A stretch of DNA of 54,248 bases. Origin: a virus (lineage: Duplodnaviria; Caudoviricetes). A program made the position numbers and the translations under genes. Where the stretch lies: the IMG/VR virus record IMGVR_UViG_3300042695_000876, positions 1 to 54,248 of that record; one strand, written 5' to 3'. The notes below the pieces were generated by a model that was given only the letters and a program-made list of their open reading frames with translations, made no database searches and was not told where the DNA came from. Positions 1 through 8,692 of this stretch are shown piece by piece; position 1 is the stretch's first letter, and every line of letters starts with the position of its first letter.

Positions 1-102
1 GGATTGACTGGAACTCCTCGAGCTATAACGCTTGAAGTATCGGCATCTACAACCACAGAACAAGTTTACGGTTCAATCGACTGGGAAGAGATAACACGTT
101 AA
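1..102 (+). CDS. 3' end of a gene entering the window, possibly a virion structural protein
   Basis: Frame 1 is open to TAA at 100-102 (GLTGTPRAITLEVSASTTTEQVYGSIDWEEITR) and is followed by a terminator. Confidence 0.6.
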   Translation, partial: GLTGTPRAITLEVSASTTTEQVYGSIDWEEITR

Positions 103-122
103 GCTAATCAGCTGTTGAATAC

Positions 123-151
123 CGGCTATTACTTTTAGGTAATAGCCGTTT
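123..151 (+). terminator. Rho-independent terminator
   Basis: CGGCTATTAC/GTAATAGCCG 10-bp stem followed by T residues. Confidence 0.65.
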
Positions 152-163
152 ACCTATTTTCTG

Positions 164-171
164 TATAAATA
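164..171 (+). promoter_or_regulatory. T4-type late promoter (gp55)
   Basis: Exact TATAAATA, intergenic, upstream of an RBS and the ATG at 232. Confidence 0.7.
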
Positions 172-231
172 TTGCGAAACCAATAACATTGATTGATTAA
201 TCGATGATACATACACACATAGGAGAGATAA

Positions 232-471
232 ATGTTTCAATTAGTAATGGCAGTAACTGACTGGTTAGATTTTTCTAGCGTTACGAATTTGTTTAAGTCA
301 AAAGTAGACGAGATTGATTATAAAGTAGCTGCTCGCCGTACATATAAGGAACTCAACAAGCTTAGCGACTATGAGCTTAGAGATATTGGTATCACACGCG
401 ATGATATCTACGCTGTAGCTTATGAAGCTTATTACGACGACATAGTCAAAGAGAGAAAATCAAGGTATTAA
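232..471 (+). CDS. DUF1127 (YjiS-like) small protein
   Basis: RRTYKELNKLSDYELRDIGITRDDI matches the DUF1127 signature; AGGAG RBS. Confidence 0.85.
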   Translation: MFQLVMAVTDWLDFSSVTNLFKSKVDEIDYKVAARRTYKELNKLSDYELRDIGITRDDIYAVAYEAYYDDIVKERKSRY

Positions 472-489
472 TTTTTACTTTGAATAAGT

Positions 490-523
490 TATAAATAAAA
501 GGACAGTGAAAGCTGTCCTTTTT
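490..523 (+). promoter_or_regulatory. Late promoter overlapping a terminator hairpin
   Basis: TATAAATA at 490-497; AAAAGGACAGT-GAAA-GCTGTCCTTTT hairpin with T-tract at 497-523. Confidence 0.7.
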
Positions 524-544
524 GTTTTATTCGGAGACGTAATT

Positions 545-1105
545 ATGGGAAAAATTATTGATCGTGGTCATGACGGTGGAGATATCTACAGATGGCAAAC
601 GCTCGAAAGATTCGTGAAAGAAAATAACTGGACCAACGGTGCTGAACTCGGTGTATGGTACGGTGAAACTTTCAAATATTTAATTAACAATTGTAAAGAT
701 CTTCGTTTGTTCGGTGTAGATCTATACGCACAACAACCAGATAATGTTGGTCCACAAAGATATATCCCAGGTGAAGATGGGCATCTATGGAAGCACGAAG
801 AATATTATGCAGATGTTAAATCTTTCTGTGATGCTTCAAATGGCAGAGCAACCATCTATCGCGGATATACAAATGATGCTTCTAAGTTAATAGAAGATGA
901 AAGCTTAGATTTTGTATTCATCGACGCTGACCACTCATTTAGAGGTGTAGATGGAGACATCACTCATTGGATGCCAAAAGTAAAAAAAGGCGGATATGTA
1001 ATTGGTCATGATATTCATTGGCCATCAGTAAAATCCGCTGTTGAAAAACATTTCGGTGAAAACTATCATAAAGAACAAGATTTTATTTGGTATGTGGTGA
1101 AATGA
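545..1105 (+). CDS. Class I SAM-dependent methyltransferase (Methyltransf_24-like)
   Basis: AELGVWYG, GVDLY, DFVFIDADH, GGYVIGHD motifs; start moved to ATG 545 after a GGAGA RBS. Confidence 0.85.
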   Translation: MGKIIDRGHDGGDIYRWQTLERFVKENNWTNGAELGVWYGETFKYLINNCKDLRLFGVDLYAQQPDNVGPQRYIPGEDGHLWKHEEYYADVKSFCDASNGRATIYRGYTNDASKLIEDESLDFVFIDADHSFRGVDGDITHWMPKVKKGGYVIGHDIHWPSVKSAVEKHFGENYHKEQDFIWYVVK

Positions 1106-1731
1106 TGTCTAATGAATTAGCTATGAGAAAAGTTAACGTCGAAGGTGTAGATCAATTACTGTGGCCAATACGTGATTTCAACGCGTTTCATTGGCCGCTT
1201 CAAGACTGGATTCGTGACCACGGAGCATTTCTTAAATATGTAAAAGCAAGAGACGTAGTTGTACAAGCTGGCGGATGTTGTGGAATGTATCCAAGATTTT
1301 ATAAAAATCATTTTAAACATGTATATACATTTGAACCAGACCCAACAAACTATTATTGTCTAGAAAGAAACTGTAATGTCGATGGCATCTATCATCAAAA
1401 TGTTGCGTTAGGTTCTGCTGAAAAACTCGTAAGTCTCGATTCACCAACTGCGCCTGGCGAAGAAAACAATGTCGGTATGTATACAGTAAACGAGATCCCT
1501 GGTCAAGTAAAAATGATTACTATAGATAGTCTAGGTCTTGATAAATGTGATTTAATTCATTTTGATCTTGAAGGTTATGAACCAGAAGCCTTAAAAGGCG
1601 CTATAAATCTAATTGAAAAGTGTAGTCCAGTTATCATTACCGAGAGAGGATGCGGGGGACCATTTCTTGAATCAATTGGTTATAAATTGGTTAGAACAAC
1701 TTCGATGGATGCTATTTTTGTGAGAGGTTAA
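1102..1731 (+). CDS. FkbM-family methyltransferase
   Basis: VVQAGGCCG, YTFEP, DLIHFDLEGYE motifs. Confidence 0.85.
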   Translation: MMSNELAMRKVNVEGVDQLLWPIRDFNAFHWPLQDWIRDHGAFLKYVKARDVVVQAGGCCGMYPRFYKNHFKHVYTFEPDPTNYYCLERNCNVDGIYHQNVALGSAEKLVSLDSPTAPGEENNVGMYTVNEIPGQVKMITIDSLGLDKCDLIHFDLEGYEPEALKGAINLIEKCSPVIITERGCGGPFLESIGYKLVRTTSMDAIFVRG

Positions 1732-1733
1732 TT

Positions 1734-2384
1734 ATGAATATTGAAAAGAATTTAACACAGATATGGATTGGTCCAAAAGCTCCACCATTACAATGGATGC
1801 ACTCATGGCGAGATAAACATCCAGATTGGAATTATTCTATTTTTACAGATGAGATGTTAAAATCACGTAAGTGGCATAATCAACATCTTATAGATCGCTA
1901 CTACGACACCCGTAAGTGGCCTGGGGTGTCGGATCTTATTAGATATGAGTTACTATATGAAAGAGGTGGGTTCTGGCCAGAAGCCGACATGGTGTGTCTA
2001 GAGAACACTGAAGAGCTGTTTACTTCTCCAGGAGACCATGCTTATACTTGTTACGAGAATGAAGCCGGCAGAAAAGATTTTGTACAACCGATTATGGCTT
2101 GTAATCCAGGAAATAAATTCGTAAAACATATTATAGATGTATTACATCAACTATCACCAGAAGAACTTCATCCAGAACCATTTAGATCTACTGGAAATAT
2201 GTTTTTGGCTAAGTACGTTAATTCTTGGGCAGATAAACTTACAATCTGGCCTTCTCATTATTTTATTCCGTTATTTTATCATGGTAGTGCTACAAGATAT
2301 AGCGGCCCAGATAAAGTTTATGCGGATCATAAGTGGGGTTCCACAGGACATGCAAACAGTGTATCATATGAAAAAGGTGTATAA
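1734..2384 (+). CDS. Glycosyltransferase, GT32/Och1-like (DxD sugar-binding family)
   Basis: QIWIG, W..KHPDWNY, SDLIRYELLYERGG..PEAD motifs. Confidence 0.8.
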   Translation: MNIEKNLTQIWIGPKAPPLQWMHSWRDKHPDWNYSIFTDEMLKSRKWHNQHLIDRYYDTRKWPGVSDLIRYELLYERGGFWPEADMVCLENTEELFTSPGDHAYTCYENEAGRKDFVQPIMACNPGNKFVKHIIDVLHQLSPEELHPEPFRSTGNMFLAKYVNSWADKLTIWPSHYFIPLFYHGSATRYSGPDKVYADHKWGSTGHANSVSYEKGV

Positions 2385-3076
2385 TGCAACAAATTAAAGC
2401 TCACATACTTAGAATTGATAATCCAATATCGCACGAATATGCTAAAACATGTTCTGATTCTTGTGATAAAGTTGGTTTAGCTTGGCAATATTTTGACGGT
2501 TATCATAAAATGGACGGTAGAATGGCTTTCGGTAAAACCGGAATTAAAAATTTACCAACCTCAGAATATCGTTATACGGAAAACGTATCAGCAGCAGACA
2601 AAGCAATGTGTTGTACTGCAGGACATTTTAGTATCTGGAAAAATATCGCAGACGGTCCGGAAGATGTCGGTATTGTTCTAGAACATGACGCTTTAATGCT
2701 TCAGCCGTTGACAATAGAAATTCCAGATAATAAAATGGTAGTACTAGGTTATAAAGTAACAGACCCAAAAAGATATGATTGGATTAAAGCTGGTGCACCA
2801 AAACAAATAATTGATATAGTCGGTCATGAGGGAGCTCATGCATATGCAATTACAAAAAAGACCGCTCGTTTTCTTGTTGATGAAATTGAAAGACAAGGAA
2901 TCTATAGTGCAGTAGATAATGATTACTTTCTTCGCGGTCAAAGAAGAACTGCAGTGCCTTTAGCCATAGCTTCTCCTACACCTGCAATTGGTTGGTTAAG
3001 AAAATCCACTATTTGGACTAGTTCTGCTGATAGGAATTATCAATTTATTCCTTCTTTTCAGGAAAATTATAAATAA
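2384..3076 (+). CDS. Glycosyltransferase, GT25-like
   Basis: CCTAGHFSIW, IVLEHDA, GAHAYAIT motifs typical of the Lex2/LgtB family. Confidence 0.75.
   Translation: MQQIKAHILRIDNPISHEYAKTCSDSCDKVGLAWQYFDGYHKMDGRMAFGKTGIKNLPTSEYRYTENVSAADKAMCCTAGHFSIWKNIADGPEDVGIVLEHDALMLQPLTIEIPDNKMVVLGYKVTDPKRYDWIKAGAPKQIIDIVGHEGAHAYAITKKTARFLVDEIERQGIYSAVDNDYFLRGQRRTAVPLAIASPTPAIGWLRKSTIWTSSADRNYQFIPSFQENYK
3068..3075 (+). promoter_or_regulatory. T4-type late promoter
   Basis: Exact TATAAATA 34 nt before ATG 3109. Confidence 0.7.
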
Positions 3077-3108
3077 ACTCATATGACTGAATTCAATCAG
3101 GATCCAAA

Positions 3109-4971
3109 ATGGCCGAAGATAAAGATAAAAAGAAAAAGAAAATAACAGGGTTCAAAGAATTTGATCCCTCTAAATATATTGATACTGAGCCAAGAATTGA
3201 TGAGGCAGCTATGAAAGATGTAGCTGTTGTTAGTTTTGGGAGAATGAATCCTATCACTGTTGGCCATGAAAAGCTGGCTATGAAAGTAATGTCTGAAGCT
3301 TCTAAAAGAAAAGCCGATCCTCATATTTTTCTTTCTCATTCTTCAGATGCAAAAAAGAATCCTTTATCTTATGAAGATAAGGTTAAATTTGCAAAGAAAG
3401 CATTTGGTCCTGTAGTTAAATCTTCACCAGCACGTACCATTATTGAAGTAGCAAAATCTTTAGATGGCAAGTATAAAAATCTTGTTGTAGTAGTCGGTGC
3501 AGACCGAGTTGAAGAATTTAAGAGTCTTTTAACTAGATACAATAATAAAGAATATAACTTTGGGAATATTGATATTGTTTCTGCTGGTGAACGAGATCCA
3601 GACGCAGAAGGTGTCGAAGGTATGTCAGCATCTAAAATGAGATCGCTTGCTCAGTCTGGTGATTTAAAAACATTCACATCAGGTCTTCCAAAGAAACTCA
3701 AATCAAGCGCTAAAGAAGTTTACGACACTGTAAGAAAAGGTATGGGCATGAACGAAGAATTAGACGAAGCACTAACAAGAGCTCAGCGTATTAAGCGCGC
3801 TAGAATTATGAAGAGAGCTAGATTTAAAATTCTCCGTGGTAAAGAAAGAGCAGAGCGCAAAACTGCTCCTATGGCTGTTCTAAGAAAAAGAGCTCGTAAA
3901 GATGCTCTTAAATTCCTCAAGAAAAAGTTTACAAAATCTAGAGATTATGAAGAATTATCAGCCGGTGAAAAAGAAGTAATCGATAAAAGAATAGAAAAGC
4001 TTTCTCCAAGAGTAATTGCTTCTATTGCAAGAAAGCTTCTTCCAAGTGTAAGAAAAAGAGATCGTGAAAGATTAGCTGCACACAGATCTTCAACCACAGA
4101 AGATCTAAATCAAAAATTTGAATCTTTCTTAAATGAAGCATCTCAGCTTGATACTCAATTTCGTCAAAGACCTCATATGCTTATCGGTAAGGATATGAAA
4201 ACAAAGATTGATAAGAGATTTAAAATATTTAAGAATAAAGTAAATGAAAGTTCAGAAGATCTTGTAGAAGAATTAACCGGTTTTGCTCAAGATATGGATT
4301 CTTATATCAATTCATTAGATGAAGTAGCGATTTCTGCTACTAAAAAACCAGTGAATGTTAAGGGTGCTGATGGTAGAACAAGAACTGTTTGGAGAAGAAC
4401 AAGATCTGTTTCTAAAGATGAACACGGCCAAGATAAAATGTCGACAAATGAAGATTATTATAAGGGTGTTCCGAAAGATAAGAAAGATGATCGCGAAGCT
4501 CATTTTAAAAGATACGCCGAGAAGCCTGGTGATGGAGCAGATAAAGATTCAAACTACAAACCGGCGCCTGGTGATTTTAAAGATGGTGAACGTGTAAAAA
4601 CAAAGCTTTCTCAACATACTAAAAAGTATCGTCAGATGTACGGTGAGTCAGAAATTTCTGAAGACGCAACAGCTTCTTTAAAGAAAAAATCAGAAAAGAC
4701 TGGTATGCCTTTAAGTGTACTTCGTAAAGTCTACAATCGTGGCATTGCTGCATGGAAATCTGGTCACAGACCCGGTACAACTCCAGAACAGTGGGCTCAT
4801 GCTCGTGTAAATTCCTTTGTTACTAAATCTTCAGGTACTTGGGGTGGTGCAGATAAAGATCTAGCTTCACGAGTACGTAAGGAAGAAACCGTAGCAGAAG
4901 AAGGTGGAGCTGGAGATTGGGGTACACCAAAGCTTACAAAGAAATTTAAAAAAGACACGCCGAGTGAATAA
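3109..4971 (+). CDS. Multidomain protein: HIGH-type (cytidylyl/adenylyl) nucleotidyltransferase followed by several basic modules; putative head-packaged polyprotein
   Basis: FGRMNPITVGH, VVGADR, MSASKMR motifs; C-terminal RKVYNRG..AW..GHRPG..PEQWA.ARVNSF module; acidic (L/I)xE linkers between modules. Confidence 0.75.
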   Translation: MAEDKDKKKKKITGFKEFDPSKYIDTEPRIDEAAMKDVAVVSFGRMNPITVGHEKLAMKVMSEASKRKADPHIFLSHSSDAKKNPLSYEDKVKFAKKAFGPVVKSSPARTIIEVAKSLDGKYKNLVVVVGADRVEEFKSLLTRYNNKEYNFGNIDIVSAGERDPDAEGVEGMSASKMRSLAQSGDLKTFTSGLPKKLKSSAKEVYDTVRKGMGMNEELDEALTRAQRIKRARIMKRARFKILRGKERAERKTAPMAVLRKRARKDALKFLKKKFTKSRDYEELSAGEKEVIDKRIEKLSPRVIASIARKLLPSVRKRDRERLAAHRSSTTEDLNQKFESFLNEASQLDTQFRQRPHMLIGKDMKTKIDKRFKIFKNKVNESSEDLVEELTGFAQDMDSYINSLDEVAISATKKPVNVKGADGRTRTVWRRTRSVSKDEHGQDKMSTNEDYYKGVPKDKKDDREAHFKRYAEKPGDGADKDSNYKPAPGDFKDGERVKTKLSQHTKKYRQMYGESEISEDATASLKKKSEKTGMPLSVLRKVYNRGIAAWKSGHRPGTTPEQWAHARVNSFVTKSSGTWGGADKDLASRVRKEETVAEEGGAGDWGTPKLTKKFKKDTPSE

Positions 4972-6035
4972 TGATACGCTTTAAGAAGTTCATTAGCGAG
5001 GGAGTAAATGATCCTTCTATCTTCAAAGCAATCTTCCTTGCTGGTGGACCAGGTTCTGGCAAATCATTTATAGTAGGCAGAACTGCGCTTACTTCACTCG
5101 GTATGAAAGTTATTAATTCTGATGAAGCCTTTGAAGCTGCTTTAAGAAAAGTAGGATTAAAGCCGACACCAGAAGATATTTACTCTCCTCTTGGCCAAGA
5201 CGTCAGAGGTAAAGCAAAAGCTATCACTAAAAAGAAAATGCAACTTGCTATCAATGGTCGTCTTGGTCTAGTAATTGACGGAACCGGTAAGGACTACGAA
5301 AAGATACAAAAACAAGCTGATATGCTTCGTGAAATTGGTTATGAAGTTGCTATGATATTCGTGAATACAGATCTTGATACTGCTTTAGATCGCAATAGAA
5401 AAAGAGATAGATCTCTACCTGATGCCGAAGTAAAAATGATGTGGAAAGACGTTCAAAAGAACCTTGGGAAGTTTCAAAACTTCTTTCGTCAGAAGATGTT
5501 CATTGTAGATAATTCCACAGGATCAAACTACGAAGGTGCAGTTCTTTCTACATATAAAAGGATAGCAGCTTGGGCAAAGACAAAGCCTGCGTCTTCTTCT
5601 GCTTCTGAGTGGATAAAGTCTCAACGTAAGGTTAACGAAGATCTGATGTTAGAAGCAGATCAATGTCCTATCCTTACAGTTGCTCATATGAAAGCTTTTG
5701 AGCAGTTCGTTGATCGCATGTTTAAAAAGTTTAATGTAAACTTTGAATTCACAAAGCACTTTCGCGATCGCATGACTGATTCGCGTAACGACCCGTGTAT
5801 TGATATGAAAGAACTCGCTGGTATGATACAAAAGATCTATAAGAAGTATCAGAACGGTGACAAATCACTAAGCAAATTTATAGACGCAGAAGCTGTTATT
5901 AAAGATATGCAGACTGATCTTAACATGCCGATAGCTGTTGAATATGATCGTAAGAACGACGAACTTGTCGTTATATCAAAAACAATTATGAGAAAAAAGA
6001 ATTTTCGCACACCAAGCCCGGAGATAAAAATATGA
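4971..6035 (+). CDS. Zeta-toxin/AAA_33-like P-loop kinase with a second C-terminal domain; capsid-targeting-like N-terminus
   Basis: FLAGGPGSGKS Walker A, INSD, LVIDGTG, RN..R.R lid; begins MIRFKKFISE. Confidence 0.75.
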   Translation: MIRFKKFISEGVNDPSIFKAIFLAGGPGSGKSFIVGRTALTSLGMKVINSDEAFEAALRKVGLKPTPEDIYSPLGQDVRGKAKAITKKKMQLAINGRLGLVIDGTGKDYEKIQKQADMLREIGYEVAMIFVNTDLDTALDRNRKRDRSLPDAEVKMMWKDVQKNLGKFQNFFRQKMFIVDNSTGSNYEGAVLSTYKRIAAWAKTKPASSSASEWIKSQRKVNEDLMLEADQCPILTVAHMKAFEQFVDRMFKKFNVNFEFTKHFRDRMTDSRNDPCIDMKELAGMIQKIYKKYQNGDKSLSKFIDAEAVIKDMQTDLNMPIAVEYDRKNDELVVISKTIMRKKNFRTPSPEIKI

Positions 6036-6622
6036 AATCGTTTAAAAGATTCGTAGAAGCAAAACTCGCTCATGCTTTAGACCCAAATAAATCTTTAAAG
6101 CATGCTTTAAAAGATCGTAGTGTTGATTGGGATAATGATGGTGATGTGGATATGCTCGATAAAAAGAAAGTTTTGCCAGATGAAATCACTGCTACAGAAA
6201 AGCCTGATTTAACACCAACTGCTCGTAAGAAAAACGCAGCAGAGCTTAAGCATATTAAGAAAGGTGTTGCTTACGAGGAAACAGATCTTGAAGAAGGTGG
6301 TCTTTGGGCTAACATTCATGCAAAGAGAAAGCGCGGAGAACGTCCAGCAAAGCCCGGCGACAAAGATTATCCTTCAAAAGAAGCAATTAGAAGTGCTCAG
6401 AAAGAAGAGACTGATCTTGGAGAAGCTGAATCTTGGGAAGCAGGATATAAGCGTCGTGTAGTTAAGACCACTTCTGCAGAACATAAAGAAAAGGGTATGA
6501 ACTGGAGAATCAAGGGCAAGGAACGTCCTGAGATCTCGATCAAACTCTATAAAGAAAAGCCATCACAGGCTGAGTTCAATAAGCAGATGCGCCGTGTTGC
6601 TGGTCACGAATTCGGCGGATAA
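6032..6622 (+). CDS. Putative internal head protein, three modules
   Basis: Begins MKSFKRFVEA; EETDLEE and EETDLGE linkers. Confidence 0.6.
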   Translation: MKSFKRFVEAKLAHALDPNKSLKHALKDRSVDWDNDGDVDMLDKKKVLPDEITATEKPDLTPTARKKNAAELKHIKKGVAYEETDLEEGGLWANIHAKRKRGERPAKPGDKDYPSKEAIRSAQKEETDLGEAESWEAGYKRRVVKTTSAEHKEKGMNWRIKGKERPEISIKLYKEKPSQAEFNKQMRRVAGHEFGG

Positions 6623-6623
6623 G

Positions 6624-6917
6624 ATGTTAAAGTTTAGTGAGTACATATCAGAATCATACTTTGTTCAATACATTCGTGATAAGAATGTCGATGTGTTGAA
6701 ACTAAAGGATTCAAAGCAGGCTAGTTGGGTTGAAGTTAGAGGAAAAAAGAACTACGAAGTTACTTATGATAAAAATGATCCACTACATAAAGCTATTGAT
6801 GGATTAGGTAAAGCTGCAAGCATATCAGATCTGATGAACGGTGACGTTGTTAGTATTAATCCACATCATCCTCATGGTAAAAAAGCAATAGAAACCGTAG
6901 AAAGGTTAATGAAATGA
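6624..6917 (+). CDS. Putative internal head protein
   Basis: ATG 6624 directly after the previous stop; begins MLKFSEYISE. Confidence 0.55.
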   Translation: MLKFSEYISESYFVQYIRDKNVDVLKLKDSKQASWVEVRGKKNYEVTYDKNDPLHKAIDGLGKAASISDLMNGDVVSINPHHPHGKKAIETVERLMK

Positions 6918-7438
6918 AAAGTTTCAAGCAGTTCGTAGAAGCTAAGATAGATGAAAACATCGGTGGACTATTCAAAAATGCTTCTGAATGGGAAAGTTCA
7001 GCAAAGTCCCGTGGGCTAGTTGTTAAATCAATGACACACCCATCAGGCGAAGCAACAAAGTACCAGATTGCTAAAGACAAGCAAGGTAACAATCGTGGAC
7101 ACTTCGATCACGGGACAAAATCAGGTCATCTTAAAGAAGAAGCCGATCTCGATGAAGAAAAAGATCCACGTATCGAAAGAGCTGGTGTCCAAGGTTTCAA
7201 TAAACCTAAGGCAACTCCTAGCCATCCAGAAAAGAGTCATATCGTGGTCGCCAAGGATGGCAATCAGATAAAGACTATTCGTTTTGGAGAGCAAGGTGCT
7301 GAGACTGCTGGTGATCCTAAAGAAGGTGAGTCTGCTCGTATGAAAGCAAAGAGAAAATCATTTAAAGCTCGTCACGGAAAGAACATTGCAAAAGGCAAGA
7401 TGTCAGCTGCTTATTGGGCTGATAAAGTTAAGTGGTAA
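6914..7438 (+). CDS. Putative internal head protein, two modules
   Basis: Begins MKSFKQFVEA; EEADLDEE linker, then a basic KSH.VVAK...IRFG.QG...SFKARH...SAAYWA.KVKW module. Confidence 0.6.
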   Translation: MKSFKQFVEAKIDENIGGLFKNASEWESSAKSRGLVVKSMTHPSGEATKYQIAKDKQGNNRGHFDHGTKSGHLKEEADLDEEKDPRIERAGVQGFNKPKATPSHPEKSHIVVAKDGNQIKTIRFGEQGAETAGDPKEGESARMKAKRKSFKARHGKNIAKGKMSAAYWADKVKW

Positions 7439-7441
7439 TTT

Positions 7442-7449
7442 TATAAATA
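7442..7449 (+). promoter_or_regulatory. T4-type late promoter
   Basis: Exact TATAAATA, intergenic. Confidence 0.75.
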
Positions 7450-7478
7450 GAAAAAACAATTATAATCAAGAGGCAACT

Positions 7479-8318
7479 ATGTTAGGCTTTAAAAGACACC
7501 TTGAAGAAAAACTCAAAGCATCTGATGATATGGGTGATTGGGTAAAAGACTTTCAAGACTCAGACGCACCGCAGTTCAAAGGTAAATCTCAGAAGAAGCG
7601 CCAACAGATGGCTGTTGCTGCTAAACTTTCTGCAGAGCGTAACGAAGAAGTCAAGCTTGATGAAGTATCAGACAAAAAGCTAGATGCATATCGTCAGAAA
7701 GCATTCGCGGATCAACCAGCTGGTGACGATGGTTCTGATAAGTATCGTAAGCGCAAGTTTGGTCGTGACCTAGCATTCGCTAAGCAGACTGGTAGAGCTA
7801 AAGTTCTTGCTACAAAAGAATCTGTTGAAGAGCTTGACGAACTCAAGAAATCAACAATTGGTTCATATGTGAATAGAGCTGCGGATGATATTTCTCATAT
7901 CCAACGCGATATTACTAGCACAGGTACTCAGTCTCCAGACTATAAAAATCTTAGCAGAATGAGAAAAAACCGTAAAGCTGGTATCGCTACTGCAGTAAAG
8001 AAACTTACTAGAGAAGAAGTTGAGCTTGATCAAGAAACACAATATGAAATAGTAGAATCGTATCTATTAGAAAATAATATCGACGTCGATTCTTTAACAG
8101 AGCAAGAATTAAATGAATTAATTGGTAAAGCCATTGGCGGCGCTTTTAAACTTGGGGCTAAAGCAGTAGTAGGAGCAGCAAGAAGAATGTCTACAAGCGG
8201 GCAGGCTGATGCAGCAGAAAAAAGAGCCGCGGCTGCAGAAAAGAAAAATAAAGATCGTGAAAGAATTCGTAAAGCTCAAGAAAGACTAAAAGCCGCGCAA
8301 AGAGCTGCTAGCACCTAA
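7479..8318 (+). CDS. Putative internal head polyprotein
   Basis: GAGG RBS and ATG 7479; begins MLGFKRHLEE; EEVKLDE, VEELDE, QELNE linkers separate basic helical modules. Confidence 0.6.
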   Translation: MLGFKRHLEEKLKASDDMGDWVKDFQDSDAPQFKGKSQKKRQQMAVAAKLSAERNEEVKLDEVSDKKLDAYRQKAFADQPAGDDGSDKYRKRKFGRDLAFAKQTGRAKVLATKESVEELDELKKSTIGSYVNRAADDISHIQRDITSTGTQSPDYKNLSRMRKNRKAGIATAVKKLTREEVELDQETQYEIVESYLLENNIDVDSLTEQELNELIGKAIGGAFKLGAKAVVGAARRMSTSGQADAAEKRAAAAEKKNKDRERIRKAQERLKAAQRAAST

Positions 8319-8324
8319 TAAATA
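8317..8324 (+). promoter_or_regulatory. Late promoter variant
   Basis: AATAAATA upstream of the AAGGAG RBS of 8359. Confidence 0.5.
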
Positions 8325-8358
8325 CTTTTAATAATCCCAGAACCTAAGGAGAACTAAA

Positions 8359-8676
8359 ATGGCACTATGGGGAAAAACCGACGCATTAGCTTCAGTACCG
8401 AAGTGGCTAGAAGATGATGCAAACAACACAAATAAGTCACACGACATCGACAACGCAGTATTCGTTGACTTAACAGAAGCCGGTGTAACAGCCAACCGTG
8501 CAAAGGGTCTTAAGACTCCAGGTTGGAACTTATATCACACTTACGTAGATGGCGCTGGTAATACTCGTCACAAGACAGAAATTCTTATTCCTATGAAAGT
8601 TTCTGCAGCAGACGCAGGCGACGATGGTGTAACTGGTAATACTGCTATCGAAGATACTATTGTCGCTGATAGTTAA
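8359..8676 (+). CDS. Probable virion structural protein (MALWG-type N-terminus of T4-like phages)
   Basis: Strong RBS, late promoter, MALWGKTD...KTPGW...RHKTE.L pattern. Confidence 0.5.
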   Translation: MALWGKTDALASVPKWLEDDANNTNKSHDIDNAVFVDLTEAGVTANRAKGLKTPGWNLYHTYVDGAGNTRHKTEILIPMKVSAADAGDDGVTGNTAIEDTIVADS

Positions 8677-8692
8677 TAACGGCCAGTAGAGA

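Noticed and set aside
4971-6035. Zeta toxin-antitoxin module
   Set aside because: No epsilon-like antitoxin is adjacent; the late context and capsid-targeting-like N-terminus fit a virion protein better.
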